Below are positions 63,163-64,000 of a stretch of 64,000 bases of DNA, piece after piece. A program made the translations under genes and the position numbers. The first letter of the stretch is position 1; each line of letters begins with the position of its first letter. This DNA comes from Paraphysomonas bandaiensis (lineage: Eukaryota; Protista; Chrysophyceae): the NCBI GenBank assembly GCA_965644295.1, contig CBFFRP010000363.1, positions 496,001-560,000 on the forward strand, written 5' to 3'. The notes beneath the pieces were generated by a model. The model made no database searches. It saw only the letters and a program-made list of their open reading frames with translations, and was not told the DNA's origin.

Positions 63163-64000
63163 GTTGTTTTTTGTCCAATATGAATCTACCGCGCAGATTT
63201 CGTGTGATTTACACTCGAGTAACATAATTATCATAAGGCATCATAATGCTAGTAAATCGTTTTTGCTCTTAGATGTGTGAATAAGACTCGTAGTTATGAA
63301 ATCGAGGATATTGTAGACAAACGTAACAATAAAGCCTTCTAATGTTTACTTTGGTCTAAAGCAGAGCAAATACCTGGTCAAGGGGTTGAAAATCTAGTCA
63401 TTAAATGATTCATATTTTCAGTTTAGGTGCTTGTGGTATTCATAACCCTAACCCATTTTATGGATTTCTATATATCAGGTGATGACGTTATATTACGATA
63501 CCCCTTGGGTACATTTGCTATTGCCACTCCCGGTTGGAGTCAGTATCCTAAATAGTGATGTAAAGATTCTTCTCAAAAACGCATCGCCCTATACGTGTGG
63601 TATGATTTGTTATGCTGTATGATATGGTATACATTGTGCAATTGAAGAATGTTAGTATTGTGCAATACGTGAAACGAACTCATAGAAGAAAGAGTGAATA
63701 TAGTTAAGAAGGAAGTGGGGTTGAATAGACATTCTGTGTTTCTGCAATACATACTATATACTGTTGGCCCAATGACCAATATATTGCATTGTTAAAATAT
63801 AATCTTACATTTATTGCGAGATAATCAAATTAAGACTACATACACCTTAGCAATTTAGACTTTCCTCATACTCAATCTCTCATCCATCGTCAGTATCGTC
63901 GTCATCACCACGTTCTAACTTAATTGAAATATGTATAATGTATACATCTGGTCACAAATGTCGAATGGATTTCAGAAACAACATCATAAAGTGTAGCAGT

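Noticed and set aside
63443-63454. TAACCCTAACCC telomere-like motif
   Set aside because: Only two units, compatible with chance.

Overview
Eukaryotic nuclear DNA with short GT-AG introns (about 34-66 nt in most genes). The gene content (ENKD1, LRR-IQ-WW protein, B-box/PH-tailed myosin) suggests a flagellated stramenopile-like protist; this is an inference. Host genes: a 5'-truncated myosin, UBC4/UBE2D, a PEX13-like protein, a GT14 glycosyltransferase, ENKD1, an LRR-IQ-WW protein, an intronless nitrilase-family enzyme, a BCH/CRAL-TRIO RhoGAP, a 3-PDZ protein with 35-aa repeats, and prefoldin 4. Mobile and repetitive DNA is dense. It includes a long-inverted-repeat element carrying an orphan ORF, a four-copy 1,937-bp tandem array, and two apparently identical 2,561-bp Mutator-like (MULE) elements inserted tail-to-tail, each with its own 8-bp TSD. 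There is also a hAT element with a non-autonomous relative, several MITEs, an old Copia relic, and a young Copia element with near-identical LTRs whose reverse transcriptase is deleted. The most notable observation is that the MULE transposase and the unrelated Copia integrase share a ~60-aa C-terminal module (LIGKxH..EDG..Y...RV....GxIVGYR...IxIx[ED]IxKxT). It is a candidate insertion-targeting or chromatin-reading domain exchanged between class I and class II elements.
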